Assembly: GCA_043228905.1 (NCBI GenBank)
Contig: JBHGNT010000006.1
Location: 15,066,001 to 15,130,000, forward strand
Length of the DNA stretch: 64,000 nt
DNA from: Azolla caroliniana
Lineage: Eukaryota; Plantae; Polypodiophyta
Direction: 5' to 3'
This document shows positions 63,501-64,000 of the stretch, piece by piece. The notes under the pieces are model-generated. The model saw only the letters and a list, made by a program, of their open reading frames with translations. It made no database searches and had not been told where the DNA came from. How positions within the stretch are numbered: the stretch's first letter is position 1; every line of letters begins with the position of its first letter. A program made the position numbers and the translations under genes.

Positions 63501-63941
63501 TCATGGTTTGCATTGCCATGGCAAGACGAGATAAGTAGAGAAGATCTTCTAGCATTGAGGATTCGACAATTAGAGCGGAATTTGGAAGATGTAGAGGTGG
63601 CTAAAGCGCGGCTAAAGAATGCAAGGCTAAAGAACAAGAAAGACTTCGATAAACGACATCGACTTCGGCCGAGGAAAATCGTTGAAGGAGATTGGGTGCT
63701 AGTCTATGACAGTAGCCTAGATAACCAACATAGTACGGCTCGAAAATTCTCACAACGATGGTTTGGGCCATATGTGGTGAAGAAAGTGGAAGATAATGCA
63801 ACATATCATTTAGTAGAACTAGATGGTACACCACTTGCCTTGCCAATTGCCGGTAAAAGAATCAAGATCTTCAAGAGAAGAGAAAGAATAGAAATTGGAT
63901 TCGAAGCTTTTGACGATTCAGTCTTAAGCATCGATGAATAA
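60492..63941 (+). CDS. Pol (RT-RNase H-integrase), probably expressed by -1 frameshift
   Basis: The -1 frame is open from 60492. LPQG and FLDD RT motifs, VTVDTS/ETDC RNase H, HHCC, and ADRGE/NPEANGKVER integrase. No chromodomain. Confidence 0.93.
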   Translation, partial: GFLKRTIEAWGTNSPSNHKSPQGSKVRGLQGEATCVTPGGACKLRLLNKKEQCQIQDFEEVLKEESIIEEEEFVSYILEEASFNDTIGEIEEVVDLSYPHHRHVISVNSVNMYTIIDEYHRGILIEEVEVNTKYKTVDRKIKPVAVPLPEDSWQKMKEVAKDPSLRNPNTIGHAFTEETKGKLRVGREDFLLPEEERMFRGMLERHGKAFAFFPQEIGCANPRTVEPMVIFTVPHVPWNLKPIPVPRAHLPKLIELLKEKVRMGILEPSNAPYSNRWFTVPKKNGSLRFIQDLQPVNKVTIWNAGIGPSVDEFAEAFAGRSIYSIGDLYSGYDQFQLAVDSRDITTMRTPIGLVRMCTLPQGATNSVAHMVNAMNKVLKDCIPDITMPFLDDIPIKGCSDEEKDESKDKDGCRKFVIDHMKDCEKVLQRLKDANLTFSGEKSAFGQPEILVVGHLCGAYGRKPSPSKVNAIQDMKEECVTQTEVRRFLGACAFYHIWIPHYAHIAEPLYGLLKKKRMFEWTSEHTIAIRRLKKILMEAPALRKADYSYGKPIFVTVDTSPIGIGWVINQEDEDCNRYAIRFGAKVLSDRQRRYAQVKRELWGIVSAIKSDRDYLIGAEVIIETDCLPILGMISGCNTPDIAMLRWIAYIKSLNPEIRHVAGKRNVVADMLSRARYDGEEDRHSDEDDVGLDFFASSYARVLITFIEEDYEGEFVEIGKYLSSLQKDESWSTEDFHRIRKKAYKYFLKDGALWKHAKKKNGTPMRVVCKLEDQQKLMSEFHDSVFAGHRGIWATFAKLKEKYWWPGIYKDVAAYVETCKECQMFSNIRHRDGLHPTYPLAMHYKWMVDIVMMPMGRWQMKYLVLAREDLTNQVEGRALRTKETSSVCRFLLEDVICRYGCVGKIVADRGELDANEAREFFSRMGIKLSLTMAYNPEANGKVERGHGPIVKALVKACHGKIGEWPRLLPFALWADRTTHSTVTGYMPAELIFGQKPIMPVEQSIISWFALPWQDEISREDLLALRIRQLERNLEDVEVAKARLKNARLKNKKDFDKRHRLRPRKIVEGDWVLVYDSSLDNQHSTARKFSQRWFGPYVVKKVEDNATYHLVELDGTPLALPIAGKRIKIFKRRERIEIGFEAFDDSVLSIDE

Positions 63942-64000
63942 GTATAGTAAACAAAAATGAATCCTCACCAAAATTGGCACATACCGGTGGATGTGCAGGT

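Larger units (their letters stand above)
56999..64000 (+). mobile_element. Trp-primed gypsy copy C with intact ORFs; 5' LTR ~56999-58267; runs off the window just before the PPT
   Basis: TGTCGTG...TTCGCGACA termini, TATATAAA at ~57221, PBS, two long ORFs. The LTR left end is inferred because the 3' LTR is not in the window. Confidence 0.9.

Overview
Land-plant nuclear DNA (fern-like by inference, not verified). About 85% is nested, mostly decayed LTR retrotransposons around a small gene island at ~25-31 kb. The island holds an intact two-exon Gfo/Idh/MocA oxidoreductase on the minus strand and a possible first exon of a divergently oriented gene. Two elements are complete with both LTRs and target-site duplications: a Ty1/copia (4293-9967, TSD TAAAG) and a Tcn1-like chromovirus (34546-40275, TSD CTAGG). 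There are also several Tnt1/Tork-like copia copies, an Athila/Tat-like gypsy remnant with an extra ORF, a LINE fragment, and four pieces (A-D) of a gypsy group in which the two copies with a visible PBS are tRNA-Trp-primed; copy C (56999 to window end) has intact ORFs. The most unusual signals are: (1) tRNA-like Pol III A-box/B-box modules with exact tRNA spacing in the U3 of three different LTR types; (2) a -1 frameshift cassette (GGATTTT plus a pseudoknot with a compensatory base change between two copies) placed after the protease; (3) a self-priming PBS and a separate frameshift pseudoknot in the Tcn1-like element; (4) a copia family with a duplicated polypurine tract bracketing a ~180-codon in-frame RNase H extension; (5) CpG-centred insertion sites for all four gypsy A-D junctions. 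All coordinates were read by eye and no database searches were run.
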